DNA from: a virus
Lineage: Duplodnaviria > Caudoviricetes
Reading direction: 5' to 3' (one strand)
Virus record (IMG/VR): IMGVR_UViG_3300021255_003843
Span: 41,496-105,495 of that record
DNA length: 64,000 nucleotides
How positions within the stretch are numbered: position 1 is the stretch's first letter; the number at the start of each line of letters is the position of its first letter. Positions 31,467-41,342 of the stretch are shown here, piece after piece. A model generated the notes under the pieces. That model did no database searches. It was not told the DNA's origin and saw only the letters and a program-made list of their open reading frames with translations. A program made the position numbers and the translations under genes.

Positions 31467-33050
31467 TTAACCATCGTCCATGCTGCCTTCGGGGTTCGAT
31501 GGCTTAGGTTGTTTGCCGCGCTCAGAAGCGTCGGGGTCCGAGTTGCGTTCTTCGTCCGTCATCTCTGGACGTCCGCCATCGCTATCGTTCGCAGACGTTT
31601 GACCAGCTAAAGCCCGAGGCTGCATTGTTTCGTCAGTACCATCGGCACTCTCTTTGGCACGCTGAGCCTTCTCTTTTTCAAGAGAATAGCCCTGGGTTTC
31701 CATCATTGTCTTAGTAGATACTAAGCCTTGCGTCCAAAGTTCCTTGCAGACATCGCGAAGCGCTTTGCGGCCATCCATGTCAAGCGGCATAAACTTAAAC
31801 GAAGGAACTTGGTTGACGTTATACTTATGCGTTATCGCAAGCTCTTCCTGAATGCAGACATTGATTTTATTCATTAATTCACAGATCTCGTCGCGGGCCG
31901 CATCAATTCGCATAGATGCAGTTTGCATAGATACCTGCGCCGAAGCGAAAGTGCTGCCGTCTTCGGAAACACCGTTGACGATAATACCGCTGATACCTCC
32001 AGCAGACAGGATGTCTTTATTGACATCACGATACTTGTCAAATTGGAAGAGGTCATCAAGCTTAGGCTGTATGACGTTTGCTTCCGCGAGCTGGTTAGTA
32101 ACAGCGAGCGGAAACTTAGACATCGCGTTGGAAAAGACGTTGCGTACGTCTTTGAGTTCGGTAATATCAGGCAGTATGTCCCGTCCCTTTTGTTTGTCGC
32201 CGTAAGTAACATGAACGAACGAACGGATGCCTAAGTTAAGAATAGCGTTCTCATATTTAGAGATAAGCTCTTTCTTAGCTAAAGCCGGCAAGCATGCCGC
32301 AATAAAAGGAATAGCGTAACGCATCCATCCTTCTTTCGGGCACTGAAGCACCTTCGTATACTTAGGATTCAACTGTGCGTACTGCGCGCCTTTGTTTAAA
32401 GCCTCGAAGACTTCGTCGGGATAGCCGGCGAAATACTGCTGGAGGTTATTGTCTTTGATCCAGTTTTCTCTGACGGTGTAGCTCTTCTGCCGCCACTCAT
32501 TCAGAATTGTCTGGCAATCAAAGTCAACGATCGGTTCGCCATTCAACATCGTGTTGCCGATCTTACAAAGATGGACCGGCAAAGTGATAGGCACACCATG
32601 GAAGATATAAACAAATACGTTAGAGTATTTCCAATACTCGACAGCGATGCTTTCAAGCTTTTCGCGCAGACGGATCTGTTTATAAAACTCTTCGTATATT
32701 TTATTAGTCTTGTCGTTTGTACCGACAAGGTTCCATGGCGAGCCGATAGTGTACGGCACATAGACATGACGCACGATCCCGCGAACGACGGGATCAGCGT
32801 CACAGTAGTAATCGGAAAGTTTATAGAGGTTAACGATGTTTCTCTGCTTGTCTCTTAATATGGCATCGTAATCGTAACCAACTAGGTTGCCATTAAAAGT
32901 AATATTGGAATTTGAGAACGATTGATAATCGGTGCGGTCTTCGTCATCTTTAGCGCCGGTCACCGTCTTACCTTTTCTGTCGTTAGCCGGAAGCTGATTC
33001 GCCGCAGCTTCTGCAGGCTTCTGCCTTCTGAAAAGATCAAGGAATCCCAT
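31467..33050 (-). CDS. Portal protein
   Basis: About 527 aa after the terminase; MGFLDLF start, ILSAGGIS and GGRPE C-terminal motifs. Confidence 0.85.
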   Translation of the reverse strand: MGFLDLFRRQKPAEAAANQLPANDRKGKTVTGAKDDEDRTDYQSFSNSNITFNGNLVGYDYDAILRDKQRNIVNLYKLSDYYCDADPVVRGIVRHVYVPYTIGSPWNLVGTNDKTNKIYEEFYKQIRLREKLESIAVEYWKYSNVFVYIFHGVPITLPVHLCKIGNTMLNGEPIVDFDCQTILNEWRQKSYTVRENWIKDNNLQQYFAGYPDEVFEALNKGAQYAQLNPKYTKVLQCPKEGWMRYAIPFIAACLPALAKKELISKYENAILNLGIRSFVHVTYGDKQKGRDILPDITELKDVRNVFSNAMSKFPLAVTNQLAEANVIQPKLDDLFQFDKYRDVNKDILSAGGISGIIVNGVSEDGSTFASAQVSMQTASMRIDAARDEICELMNKINVCIQEELAITHKYNVNQVPSFKFMPLDMDGRKALRDVCKELWTQGLVSTKTMMETQGYSLEKEKAQRAKESADGTDETMQPRALAGQTSANDSDGGRPEMTDEERNSDPDASERGKQPKPSNPEGSMDDG

Positions 33051-33068
33051 AGGCGATCCAACCTCCAT

Positions 33069-34724
33069 TTAGAAATAAGTGGCAATGCCTACACAAGGCT
33101 TGCCTCTCTGATATTTTTTTATATTATCTTTCTCAAGCTCGCTGATGTAATCATTTCCCATTGCTAAGCTTGAGTATCGGTCTTTATGCATTGAGTTGCG
33201 CGGCGTGTCGTATAAAACGTTACCGCTCGCACCAACCTTGCTGACAATATTGCCCATCTCAAATTGCAAAGCATCGGCCTCGTGAAATATAGCCTTCTCC
33301 TCCATCCGCATTTGCTGCGAAGGATCCTCGAGCTCAGCCTCAGAGGCTTTAATAATCCGAGAGTCAACAGGCAACTCGATTGTACGTTTCTCTAATGCGA
33401 CGCGCAGGTTTGTGTAAATACGCTGGTTCAGCGTCTGCACTGCCCTAAAAGGATGTAGCACAGGTAAAGCCGCCGCGTTCATGTTAGGAGAATCGTCGAC
33501 GACGAGAGGCGGGTATTCCTTCCCGCTCACGGAGTCGACCCATTCCTTATCAAAGAAACGGTCGAGACTGTCGCCAAGACCTCTGGCGTCGTAGATGATC
33601 TTCTCGGTATTCGGAAACTTAACATGGTAAAGCTGTCGTAGCTCCTCAGCTAACACGTCTAAGGTTTTGCCGTGGAAGCTTCGTATTAGCACAACCTTCT
33701 TGGCATAGCTACCGTCGGCTCGCTCAGTAAACTTAATCACTGTGATGATCGAGTTGTCTGCGTCCTTTGCCTCGGAGGTCGCGATATCCAATGAGATAAC
33801 GTATCTTGACTTGCTATTCTTAGGTTGTTCAAGCTCAATCTTCTTAAGCGTCCTGCAGCTTTGTGTCAACTCATAAGGGAAGGCTGAGTTATTTTCAGAG
33901 CCTAAGAATTTACATCCGTACTCCATCTGGAAGATGATATCAGGCATGCGAGCTTTCTCGCCCTCAAAGAATTGCGCATCGTTGATGCCATCCGCGATAG
34001 CGGTCTTATAGTCAAGCGCGCAGGCGAACTGCGTTCGGTCGCCCTTCGCCATGCGCTTTACAGTCTCTAAGAAGTTTGAGTAATACTGGTTATTCTTAGC
34101 GCACGCACTCGTAATCGTTACGGTTTTAGATTGAAAATCCTTGAACCCAAATGTTCTTGCATTATACCGTATCTCGTTTCTTGTCGGGGCTACAATCGCC
34201 TCAAGCTTGTCCTGGTCGACATCAAGCGCCTCATCAACAATGACGAGCTTCGCACGTTGGCCGCGAACACTCTCTAGTGCAAGGCTCCGCAGTACGCTGC
34301 CATTTTTCAGCGTACACTGCGAGCCGTTCTTGGAAATCTGAATCAAAGATCTCGCATTCGTCGCGTTGATCTCATTTGCGATATTCGGATTCTGGTCAGC
34401 GATCGACTTGAGCGTCGTCAGGACTAAGGTAGCCTGAGCCGCCGTCGCCGATACAATCAGTATCTTCGAACCTGGATAAAGGACGCCAACGGCGAATCCA
34501 GCGAGCGCGGCTACGAAAGTTTTGCCGTAGCCGCGCGAGCATGTGTCGTTACTATTGACACAGTTGCCAATCTGTCTAATTAAGACGTGTTGCGTAGGAG
34601 AAAGCTTCACAGGCGCACACGCGTCTTCTATAAAGATGTCTAAGTGTTTGCGGTAGAAGATAATCTGCTCCTCTGCCGCGTCCCAATTTGTGATGACGCC
34701 AGGCCTCACTACTGCCACAGACAC
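33069..34724 (-). CDS. terL: Terminase large subunit
   Basis: Walker A SRGYGKT, Walker B VIVDEA, nuclease motifs SLDIA...D and HKDRYSS. Confidence 0.93.
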   Translation of the reverse strand: MSVAVVRPGVITNWDAAEEQIIFYRKHLDIFIEDACAPVKLSPTQHVLIRQIGNCVNSNDTCSRGYGKTFVAALAGFAVGVLYPGSKILIVSATAAQATLVLTTLKSIADQNPNIANEINATNARSLIQISKNGSQCTLKNGSVLRSLALESVRGQRAKLVIVDEALDVDQDKLEAIVAPTRNEIRYNARTFGFKDFQSKTVTITSACAKNNQYYSNFLETVKRMAKGDRTQFACALDYKTAIADGINDAQFFEGEKARMPDIIFQMEYGCKFLGSENNSAFPYELTQSCRTLKKIELEQPKNSKSRYVISLDIATSEAKDADNSIITVIKFTERADGSYAKKVVLIRSFHGKTLDVLAEELRQLYHVKFPNTEKIIYDARGLGDSLDRFFDKEWVDSVSGKEYPPLVVDDSPNMNAAALPVLHPFRAVQTLNQRIYTNLRVALEKRTIELPVDSRIIKASEAELEDPSQQMRMEEKAIFHEADALQFEMGNIVSKVGASGNVLYDTPRNSMHKDRYSSLAMGNDYISELEKDNIKKYQRGKPCVGIATYF

Positions 34725-34731
34725 TCACTCC

Positions 34732-35631
34732 TTATACAGTGTCGAGACCCAACGACTCAACAAGATAATTGAACGAATCGATCACACGATCGACATCGTC
34801 CTTCGGCCATTTGATTTCTCTCGTACACGGGTGTCCCGTCGATTCAAGTTTAGCCGTCAGCTCTGACCAAGAGCTAAGCCCGGCCGTATCGCCGGGCTTG
34901 CGCTTGCAGGCCGCAAAGTTACCTGACTTACTTAGCAGATCGAACTGCGATATCGCGTCTTTAACAACTGAATAATCGCAGCGCCCAGCCATGAAGTCAT
35001 CTTGTGCTTTATCAGCTTGAAGGCTTGCTTTAGCAAGTTTGCGGGCAATATCGCGCAGGTTCGTATCACTAAGATCGAAGTCTTCTTCGAGGCCGCTGTA
35101 GTATTCCTCAAGGTATTCAAGCTCACTCTTCTTGAAGTACCCATTGAATTTATGGCTATAGGTTTTAACATCGGGATCCGCTTCTTCTACTACCTGGCCG
35201 TTCGCTTTCGCTTCGGCATAAGATAGGGTCTTACCGTCTTCACCGTTCTCAACGTATTGGTAGTAGACGCCCATTACTGCAGGAACCTGCTGACAGGTGA
35301 GCCGCGTAAGAATGACCTTGCGGCGATCGTCATTAGCCTTCTGGTACGTCGGATTATTTGAGGCAAGCTTCTCTGCTTTTTCTTCAGCCTTCTGCCATAT
35401 GCGCTCGTTCCACTCTCTATGGTTCTCCCAGAAGTATTCACGCATTTCGTCTTTAGACGCGCAGCGGTTGACACAATCTTTGCACCATATGTCCTTACCA
35501 AGCTGCTCGTCCCAATCACGGTTGACGTAGTAATCGGCAATCGGTTTAACGCGGCCGCACTTCAAACAGAGCTTCGTCTGTGGCGGTCGGATAATACGCT
35601 TTGGCTTAGACTCGGTTACGACATCAGGCAT
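34732..35631 (-). CDS. Terminase small subunit-like protein with N-terminal Zn finger
   Basis: CxxC...CKDC motif; directly upstream of terL as in SPbeta-like phages. Confidence 0.6.
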   Translation of the reverse strand: MPDVVTESKPKRIIRPPQTKLCLKCGRVKPIADYYVNRDWDEQLGKDIWCKDCVNRCASKDEMREYFWENHREWNERIWQKAEEKAEKLASNNPTYQKANDDRRKVILTRLTCQQVPAVMGVYYQYVENGEDGKTLSYAEAKANGQVVEEADPDVKTYSHKFNGYFKKSELEYLEEYYSGLEEDFDLSDTNLRDIARKLAKASLQADKAQDDFMAGRCDYSVVKDAISQFDLLSKSGNFAACKRKPGDTAGLSSWSELTAKLESTGHPCTREIKWPKDDVDRVIDSFNYLVESLGLDTV

Positions 35632-36016
35632 AAATGCGTACCTTCCTTATTGGCGCTCCGTGTTCAACGAGAGCGTCAATAAGCTCTTCGCTCTCCTTCG
35701 TCTTCGGGAGTTCCTCGCTTGTTGCGACGGCACTCTCAAGCTTTGCCCACTCCTTCTCTGCTTCTATGTTCGCGTAGTACGCAACAAGGAGTTTGAATAA
35801 AGCCGCCGTCTTCTTATACTTGTAGGTCTTGATGCCGTACTCGTCCTCCCGGATAAAAGTAGGCTGGATCCCATGTTCGTTTAAGTAGATATACTCACGT
35901 TTCGTCTGCGTTGAGTATTCCATATCAAAAGCCCTCTTGGGAGGGTTGAGCTTATGGATAGCAGGATGCTCGGACGTCTCTGCTACAAACGTACAATCAT
36001 CGCGATCATATTTCAT
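35624..36016 (-). CDS. Hypothetical protein, first gene of the late operon
   Basis: RBS GAGGTG; overlaps the next gene. Confidence 0.6.
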   Translation of the reverse strand: MKYDRDDCTFVAETSEHPAIHKLNPPKRAFDMEYSTQTKREYIYLNEHGIQPTFIREDEYGIKTYKYKKTAALFKLLVAYYANIEAEKEWAKLESAVATSEELPKTKESEELIDALVEHGAPIRKVRIYA

Positions 36017-36106
36017 AAATGAATCACCTCAAAAAAGTTAATCAAAATAAGAGACGCTTAACAAAAGTGCGTCTCTTTTTTAGAGACGTTGGAGCACGTC
36101 TCTCTC

Positions 36107-36133
36107 CATATATATCAATTCTCGAATGTAATC
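36107..36133 (-). promoter_or_regulatory. 27-bp motif, candidate late promoter (copy 2) at head of morphogenesis operon
   Basis: GATTACATTCGAGAATTGATATATATG. Confidence 0.7.
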
Positions 36134-36296
36134 ACAAAAATGGGATGGAAAATGGGAGTAGGAAAAGATCATATCCCCCGTGAGTTTCTTGATGAAAACT
36201 TTTTCAGCGTAAACCCCACCCCCGTAAAAAGTTTTCACTGAAACCAATGAACCCCTGGCGATATGGCGGCCGATCCGCATGAGGAAAACGCTGCCA

Positions 36297-36592
36297 AATA
36301 AAAAAAGCGACCTGCTGGAACAGGCCGCAAAGGAGGATTCTTATGAAAAAGTACACTCTATCTGTCCGTAGCACCGCAACTCGCAGAGAAGACCCTGTTT
36401 ACGACAACAATCTTTCGAAGATGAACATGGCTGCAACCATTTTCACCGTCAGAAAGGTGCCGCAGGTCGTCATTTTCGACAATGAGGAAGAAGAAATCAT
36501 TTTCCTCGCCGAGAATGGAACCGTTAAGGTGGATCATCTGCCTTAAAAATCCTCCCGCCCTTGATCTTAGCACAGACTTGTGCGCAGGTCAA
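36297..36592 (-). ncRNA. Antisense unit 1 (sigma-A promoter to intrinsic terminator) covering ORF 36343-36546
   Basis: TTGACC(36592-87)-N17-TAAGAT(36569-64) with extended TG; terminator GCGGCCTG/CAGGTCGC plus T7 at 36297-36328. Confidence 0.55.
36343..36546 (+). CDS. Small early hypothetical protein
   Basis: RBS AAGGAGG. Confidence 0.65.
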   Translation: MKKYTLSVRSTATRREDPVYDNNLSKMNMAATIFTVRKVPQVVIFDNEEEEIIFLAENGTVKVDHLP

Positions 36593-36668
36593 GGGCACTT
36601 TTCTGCCAATTAGCGGATGCGTAAATCCGCTGATGATATATCAACAAAACAAAACAGGAGGAAGAACA

Positions 36669-37007
36669 ATGTTTAACATCAATAACATGTCCCGTAGCTA
36701 CGATGCCAACTCAACCGTCTCAAAGAAACACAACAATCCTATTCCTAATTGGCTTCATGCCAAGTTTCTTCTCTGGGGTTATGATCCAATAACCGACGAC
36801 GAATATCTGTTAGGAGAAACAACTGATAAACGCATCGCTCGAAGCTGGGTTAAGGAAATAAAGCGCGATCACTACACTCGAATTGTTGTTGAATTTCCTG
36901 GATCCTATTGCACTACAGCACATGAGCTGCGCTGGTGCGACGCTAAAGCAAATCCTGAAACAGTTTATTTCACTCTAAACGATAAGAGTGAAGAGATTCC
37001 ATTTTAA
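36669..37007 (+). CDS. Early hypothetical protein ending in an SSB-like tail (EEIPF)
   Basis: RBS AGGAGG, ATG 36669. Confidence 0.65.
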   Translation: MFNINNMSRSYDANSTVSKKHNNPIPNWLHAKFLLWGYDPITDDEYLLGETTDKRIARSWVKEIKRDHYTRIVVEFPGSYCTTAHELRWCDAKANPETVYFTLNDKSEEIPF

Positions 37008-37017
37008 GGAGGAACCC

Positions 37018-37167
37018 ATGATCATTATTATTCTCATCGCTGTTGCAATCTTTTTGATTTCCATTAACGATATCCTCGACGCCGTTGACGAGATGCGCTG
37101 GCAGTTCAACATGCTGCCAGCGCGTTTCTGGAAACAGAACTATAAAACGCATCGGCGTTTTTATTGA
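37018..37167 (+). CDS. Small membrane peptide (49 aa)
   Basis: Read manually: MIIIILIAVAIFLISINDILDAVDEMRW...; RBS AAGGAGG. Confidence 0.6.
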   Translation: MIIIILIAVAIFLISINDILDAVDEMRWQFNMLPARFWKQNYKTHRRFY

Positions 37168-37256
37168 CCCGTCTGATGAGAGCTGGATAGCAACCAGCCG
37201 AAACGCGCTTTGGCGCGTCACGGGAAGCCAATACCCGTTGCGGTTTCATTCTCCGC

Positions 37257-37537
37257 AAAACAAAACCCCGGTGCACGAACACCGGGGCCTGGCGTCCACG
37301 AAAGGAGGTGATTCCTGTGGACACCGTAGCTCTGACAGCAGAGCAATGTGTATGGTTTCTGACCATCACAGCGCCATATCGCAGAACTCTGCTGAAGAAG
37401 CTGTCCACCGGCGAGTATGTGCTCGTATGGGATGCGGCAACGCATGAGTACATACTGACAAAGGTGGATTAACAGCTCACCGAGAAGGTTCACGCCCTTC
37501 TCGGTTTCAGTTTACCAGACACGTGAAGCCGTGTCAA
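37257..37537 (-). ncRNA. Antisense unit 2 covering ORF 37317-37472
   Basis: TTGACA(37537-32)-N17-TAAACT(37514-09) with extended TG; terminator CCCCGGTG/CACCGGGG plus TTTTGTTTT. Confidence 0.6.
37317..37472 (+). CDS. Small hypothetical protein (51 aa)
   Basis: Read manually: GTG start after AAGGAGGTG; MDTVALTAEQCVWFL...ILTKVD. Confidence 0.6.
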   Translation: MDTVALTAEQCVWFLTITAPYRRTLLKKLSTGEYVLVWDAATHEYILTKVD

Positions 37538-37796
37538 GATGTTAACGATTTGTTAAGTTGGATTCATAAAGAATTCCATCTTTTCATTTCGTTTTCAAAA
37601 ACCCTCGCCATCGGCAAATGATCCTGATAACACATCAGATTTGTTTGTCGATGCTTCCTGTGGTATCGGACAAGCTGGCCCTTTACAGCTTGTCCGTTTT
37701 GATATATGCTGGTTAAGAAATTGACGCTTAACCACTTCGCTAATGTCAATTATCGTAACTTGGCTGGCGAGCCTTGTACGCGGAAGGAGGAAAATG

Positions 37797-37893
37797 GAAA
37801 AGGCTCCTGCCATCAACAGGAGCCATAGGAGGAAGGGATGTGAGTATCATCAACCTTCATCAGCATTATAGCATAATCACAGCTGTAATGCAA
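37797..37893 (-). ncRNA. sigma-A promoter plus ~62-nt sRNA complementary to the RBS/start of the RNAP gene at 37983
   Basis: TTGCAT(37893-88)-N17-TATAAT(37870-65) with extended TG; terminator GGCTCCTG/CAGGAGCC plus TTTT; body pairs 9+16 nt with 37969-37999. Confidence 0.7.
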
Positions 37894-37982
37894 GCACATC
37901 GTGCGGCGATTAAGCATAGGCCTAGCCGTGGCAAGCGGTAAACTAACAGCAACTCAACAAACAAAAATTAGGAGGAAAAACC

Positions 37983-40493
37983 ATGAGTATCATTAATTTA
38001 GTGAAATCCAACACCCTGTCTGTCGAAGAAACCAACGGAACCGGTGTCACTTTGAACACCGAAAACCATGCGTTCGGTCTGACTCCCGCGTTCACTCGCT
38101 TCTCCCCCGATTACTTCCAGATCATCGACACTGGAGATATGGATCGCGGAGAAATCCCCGCAGTTCAGAACTATCTCGACAACATCATCGACAACGGCAT
38201 CCAGGATGGAAGCCGTCGCTACATCCCGGTTTTCGCCGGTTCCAGCAACCAGCGCAATGGTCAGTTTGTAATGTGCTGGGACAAAATCTGGAACGACGTT
38301 ACATCCTGGTGCTGTGCCGGTCTCGATTGCAGGAAATTGCCTGTAGGCAAGCTCGCCAAATACATGGCACTCATGTTCTCAACCGTTCGTTCCTGGGATG
38401 CTGTGTTTCCCGATGGTGGACTCTATGGGGTGTTCAAGTACCCACATCCCAGCACCTGGGGCGTGTTCCCTGACGTTGACATTGACGCTGTTGGCCTGTT
38501 CAATAAGGTCACTCCGTGGGCTGTAAACAAAGAACTGGTCCTCGGTTCTGACAAAGAGACCAACAAGATCACTGATGGTATCGCTCTGTTCGTTCTGGAC
38601 GATACTCAGCTCAACTCTCATCAGAAGAAAGAGATCATCAAGAAAGCAGAAGCTTTCACCGTCAGAGCTCCCATGGTCAAAGGTCTCTTCGTTCCTGTTC
38701 TCAAATCCGCATTGATCAAGTGGTTCGAAGATCATCCCGAAGCGTCGTCTATTCAGAAGGACGCTTGGGGCAACGAACAGAACCTGCTCGACCTCCAGGT
38801 CATCACCTTCAAGTCTGTCTTCAAAGCTTGGAAGTGCATCAAGCAGTGGTCCGAGTACGTTGAAGGCTTCGATACCTACGAGCACCATGTGTGGGTCTGC
38901 ATCGCGGCGCACGGGGAGCGTTGGGCTTCCCTGCCGTATCAGCAGCTCCAAACCCTCAACGCCAACAATGCGCAGGTCGAGGAGCTCGCGCGCACCAGCG
39001 CGAGCTTCCTCATCGACAATGCCAAGATCGGTAAGCTTGGCAAGATCATCGGAGGAAACCTTGGCAAGATCGTCGACATCTTCCCGGATATGCTGCATGA
39101 TCCCTTCGTCCGTGAGCAGCTGCAGCGGAAGTGGATTAGCCGCTGCAAGCAGATGTATGGCGGCCGCATCCTGCATGTCAGCCATAATCTGTTCTGCTCC
39201 AGCGACATCATTGCCGTTATTGAAGGGTTGACTGGTCAGTCCGTTCATGGCGTGCTGCCTGCCAATACCGTGCACACTCAGGCCTTTGGTTACGACAGGA
39301 AGCTGGGCTGCACTCGCTGCCCGCATCTCGACAACGCGTGGGTCACTCCGCGCAACATCAAGGTTCCTGAGGAATATCTTGGCCTGTACATGGGCACCAC
39401 AATCTTCTACAGCTGCAATGACAACACCATGAAGGTTCATCAGATGGACTTTGACGGTGATCACAGCAACGTTACCGACAATCCACTGCTCATCAAGCTG
39501 GCTGAGTACAGCCATGCCAGCTATGGCGATTCCTGCCTGCTGTACGCGGCCATGGACGATGGCACCGCGCCGAAGACGACGTCTGATTATAAGACTGAGT
39601 TCAACGAGCTGTGCCGCAACAGCTTCAAGGCTCCGATCGGCCTGTACGCCAACACCCTGACCAAGGTTTGGGCTCTGCGTAACATGATGGAAAAGACCAG
39701 CGCTCAGGCTAAGAACCTGTGGGTGTGGATCGCCTGCCTGACCAGGAAGGGCAACACCTGCATTGATGAAGCTGGCGGACATGGCAAAGACAGCTCCGTC
39801 GGCATCGCGGAAGACGTGGTCGAACGGTTCCGTCGGACAAAGAAGCCATGGTTCCATGGTTATGCCAAGGGCACGATCAATCCTCAGGGTCAGATCGTCC
39901 GCGCTGACGCCGACTACAAGTACGAGTTCAAGCCGTTCCACACTGTCGACGTCTATAGCGCCATCTGCCGGATGCTTGTGCCGACAGAGGCTGAAACAGT
40001 GATCGATCTGTCCGCTTATTCCATTATTTACTCCAAAGAAGTAGCGGCCAGGATCGTTCGTACCCTTATGAAGGATTCCAATGTCCGCACCCGTCGTGCG
40101 GCCATGAAGGATCTTTCTGATACCTTCGCCGATCTCGTCTGCGCAGCCAACCATGAAGAAGTGCTGATCGCTCAGAGCAGCAGCCTGGCCGCTGTGCCGA
40201 ACTTCACCATGGATAAGGTCGATCTGATCCGCGCCAAGTGCGAGCAGATCGCTCTGAACTGCGGCTACACGCTGGACGACGCTGTCGACATTCTGGTCTT
40301 CAATCTGTTCTACAAGACCAGCGCGACCAGTGCGAAAACCTCCATGATGAAGCGCTGGTTCTTCATCGCCTTCGGTGACATCGTGTTCGAAAACGCGCAG
40401 CGCAACCTGTCCGTTGAACTCACGACCACCGACAACTACGAAGACGCCTCCGAGGAGGAGGATGACGACGCGATCGATCAGTTGGAAGACTGA
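37983..40493 (+). CDS. Single-subunit two-barrel (YonO/RdRP-like) DNA-dependent RNA polymerase, early non-virion
   Basis: ITDGIA, FTVRAPMVKG, TRCPHL (R445), QMDFDGD (D489, nt 39447-39461), IGLYANTLTK. Confidence 0.85.
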   Translation: MSIINLVKSNTLSVEETNGTGVTLNTENHAFGLTPAFTRFSPDYFQIIDTGDMDRGEIPAVQNYLDNIIDNGIQDGSRRYIPVFAGSSNQRNGQFVMCWDKIWNDVTSWCCAGLDCRKLPVGKLAKYMALMFSTVRSWDAVFPDGGLYGVFKYPHPSTWGVFPDVDIDAVGLFNKVTPWAVNKELVLGSDKETNKITDGIALFVLDDTQLNSHQKKEIIKKAEAFTVRAPMVKGLFVPVLKSALIKWFEDHPEASSIQKDAWGNEQNLLDLQVITFKSVFKAWKCIKQWSEYVEGFDTYEHHVWVCIAAHGERWASLPYQQLQTLNANNAQVEELARTSASFLIDNAKIGKLGKIIGGNLGKIVDIFPDMLHDPFVREQLQRKWISRCKQMYGGRILHVSHNLFCSSDIIAVIEGLTGQSVHGVLPANTVHTQAFGYDRKLGCTRCPHLDNAWVTPRNIKVPEEYLGLYMGTTIFYSCNDNTMKVHQMDFDGDHSNVTDNPLLIKLAEYSHASYGDSCLLYAAMDDGTAPKTTSDYKTEFNELCRNSFKAPIGLYANTLTKVWALRNMMEKTSAQAKNLWVWIACLTRKGNTCIDEAGGHGKDSSVGIAEDVVERFRRTKKPWFHGYAKGTINPQGQIVRADADYKYEFKPFHTVDVYSAICRMLVPTEAETVIDLSAYSIIYSKEVAARIVRTLMKDSNVRTRRAAMKDLSDTFADLVCAANHEEVLIAQSSSLAAVPNFTMDKVDLIRAKCEQIALNCGYTLDDAVDILVFNLFYKTSATSAKTSMMKRWFFIAFGDIVFENAQRNLSVELTTTDNYEDASEEEDDDAIDQLED

Positions 40494-40601
40494 TCGTCGC
40501 GTCGCTCAGGCGTCACGCTCCGTCGCGCAAAGAGCGGCCATGCTGTGGCAAGCGGCAATTCTCTGTAATAATAAAAAACAAAAAAATGGGAGGAAAACAC
40601 A

Positions 40602-41108
40602 ATGTCTATCACTTTGAAGTCTATGCGCGCTGGTAAGGTTTCCGTCAATGAGTTCAATACCTATCCCGAGATGCTGCCCGTTCTCATGAAGATCCATGGC
40701 ATGAATCTGCCTTACTACATCCTCGAAGATGGCAAGATGATCTTCCAGGGCAACCTGGAGTTCGTCGAGAAGGAGAAGGACGCACCCGTCTCTTATACCC
40801 TGAAGACGATGAACGAGGATGGTATGACTGACACCGCTCAATTCACCAATTTCGCCGACCTGTCTATCGCTGCCGCAGTGGCAGACATCAACCATATGCC
40901 GTGGTTCGTAGTCGATAACCATTCCGGCAAGATCATTCGTCAGGGTAATATCGAGCGCGTTGCCGCCATCAAGAGCGGCAACGCGCCGGAGACCTGCGTC
41001 GCCGAAGAGCCTGTCCCCGAAACTCCTGACGTCGACGTCGATATAGACGCTACGCTTGATGAGATGAACGATCTCATCGGAGATCTCGGCGCTCTTGACA
41101 ATATCTAA
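40602..41108 (+). CDS. Hypothetical protein, acidic C-terminus
   Basis: RBS GGGAGG. Confidence 0.65.
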   Translation: MSITLKSMRAGKVSVNEFNTYPEMLPVLMKIHGMNLPYYILEDGKMIFQGNLEFVEKEKDAPVSYTLKTMNEDGMTDTAQFTNFADLSIAAAVADINHMPWFVVDNHSGKIIRQGNIERVAAIKSGNAPETCVAEEPVPETPDVDVDIDATLDEMNDLIGDLGALDNI

Positions 41109-41170
41109 GTCTGAGCTTCACACCACAGGCCGCCGTGTGCGGCCTGCGAGTGAGCCCCAGGCTCAAATAC

Positions 41171-41342
41171 AAAAGCCAGATGGATGCGGCCATCTGGCGG
41201 AAGGAGGTTACCCATGTACGGCTACTGCACTGACTGTGGCTATATGGGGCTCGTTGGTAACGAGTGGATTCTCTTCGCGACAGAAGAAGAATACCATGAG
41301 TACCTCCAGCCCGATGATACCACAGACTAACACGTAAGTCAA
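41171..41342 (-). ncRNA. Antisense unit 4 covering ORF 41214-41330
   Basis: TTGACT(41342-37)-N17-TATCAT(41319-14) with extended TG; terminator GCCAGATGG/CCATCTGGC plus TTTT. Confidence 0.6.
41214..41330 (+). CDS. Small protein (38 aa) MYGYCTDCGYMGLVGNEWILFATEEEYHEYL...
   Basis: Read manually; RBS AAGGAGG. Confidence 0.65.
   Translation: MYGYCTDCGYMGLVGNEWILFATEEEYHEYLQPDDTTD

Noticed and set aside
36140-36260. Possible cos/pac site or genome end at the strand switch (C-runs, short repeats)
   Set aside because: Position is suggestive but no diagnostic sequence; needs read-terminus analysis.
38379-40154. 591-aa minus-strand ORF, and similar long antisense ORFs (50556-51560, 52728-53597, 58989-59792, 5592-6410)
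   Set aside because: Shadow frames of strongly codon-biased real genes; no RBS or recognisable motifs.
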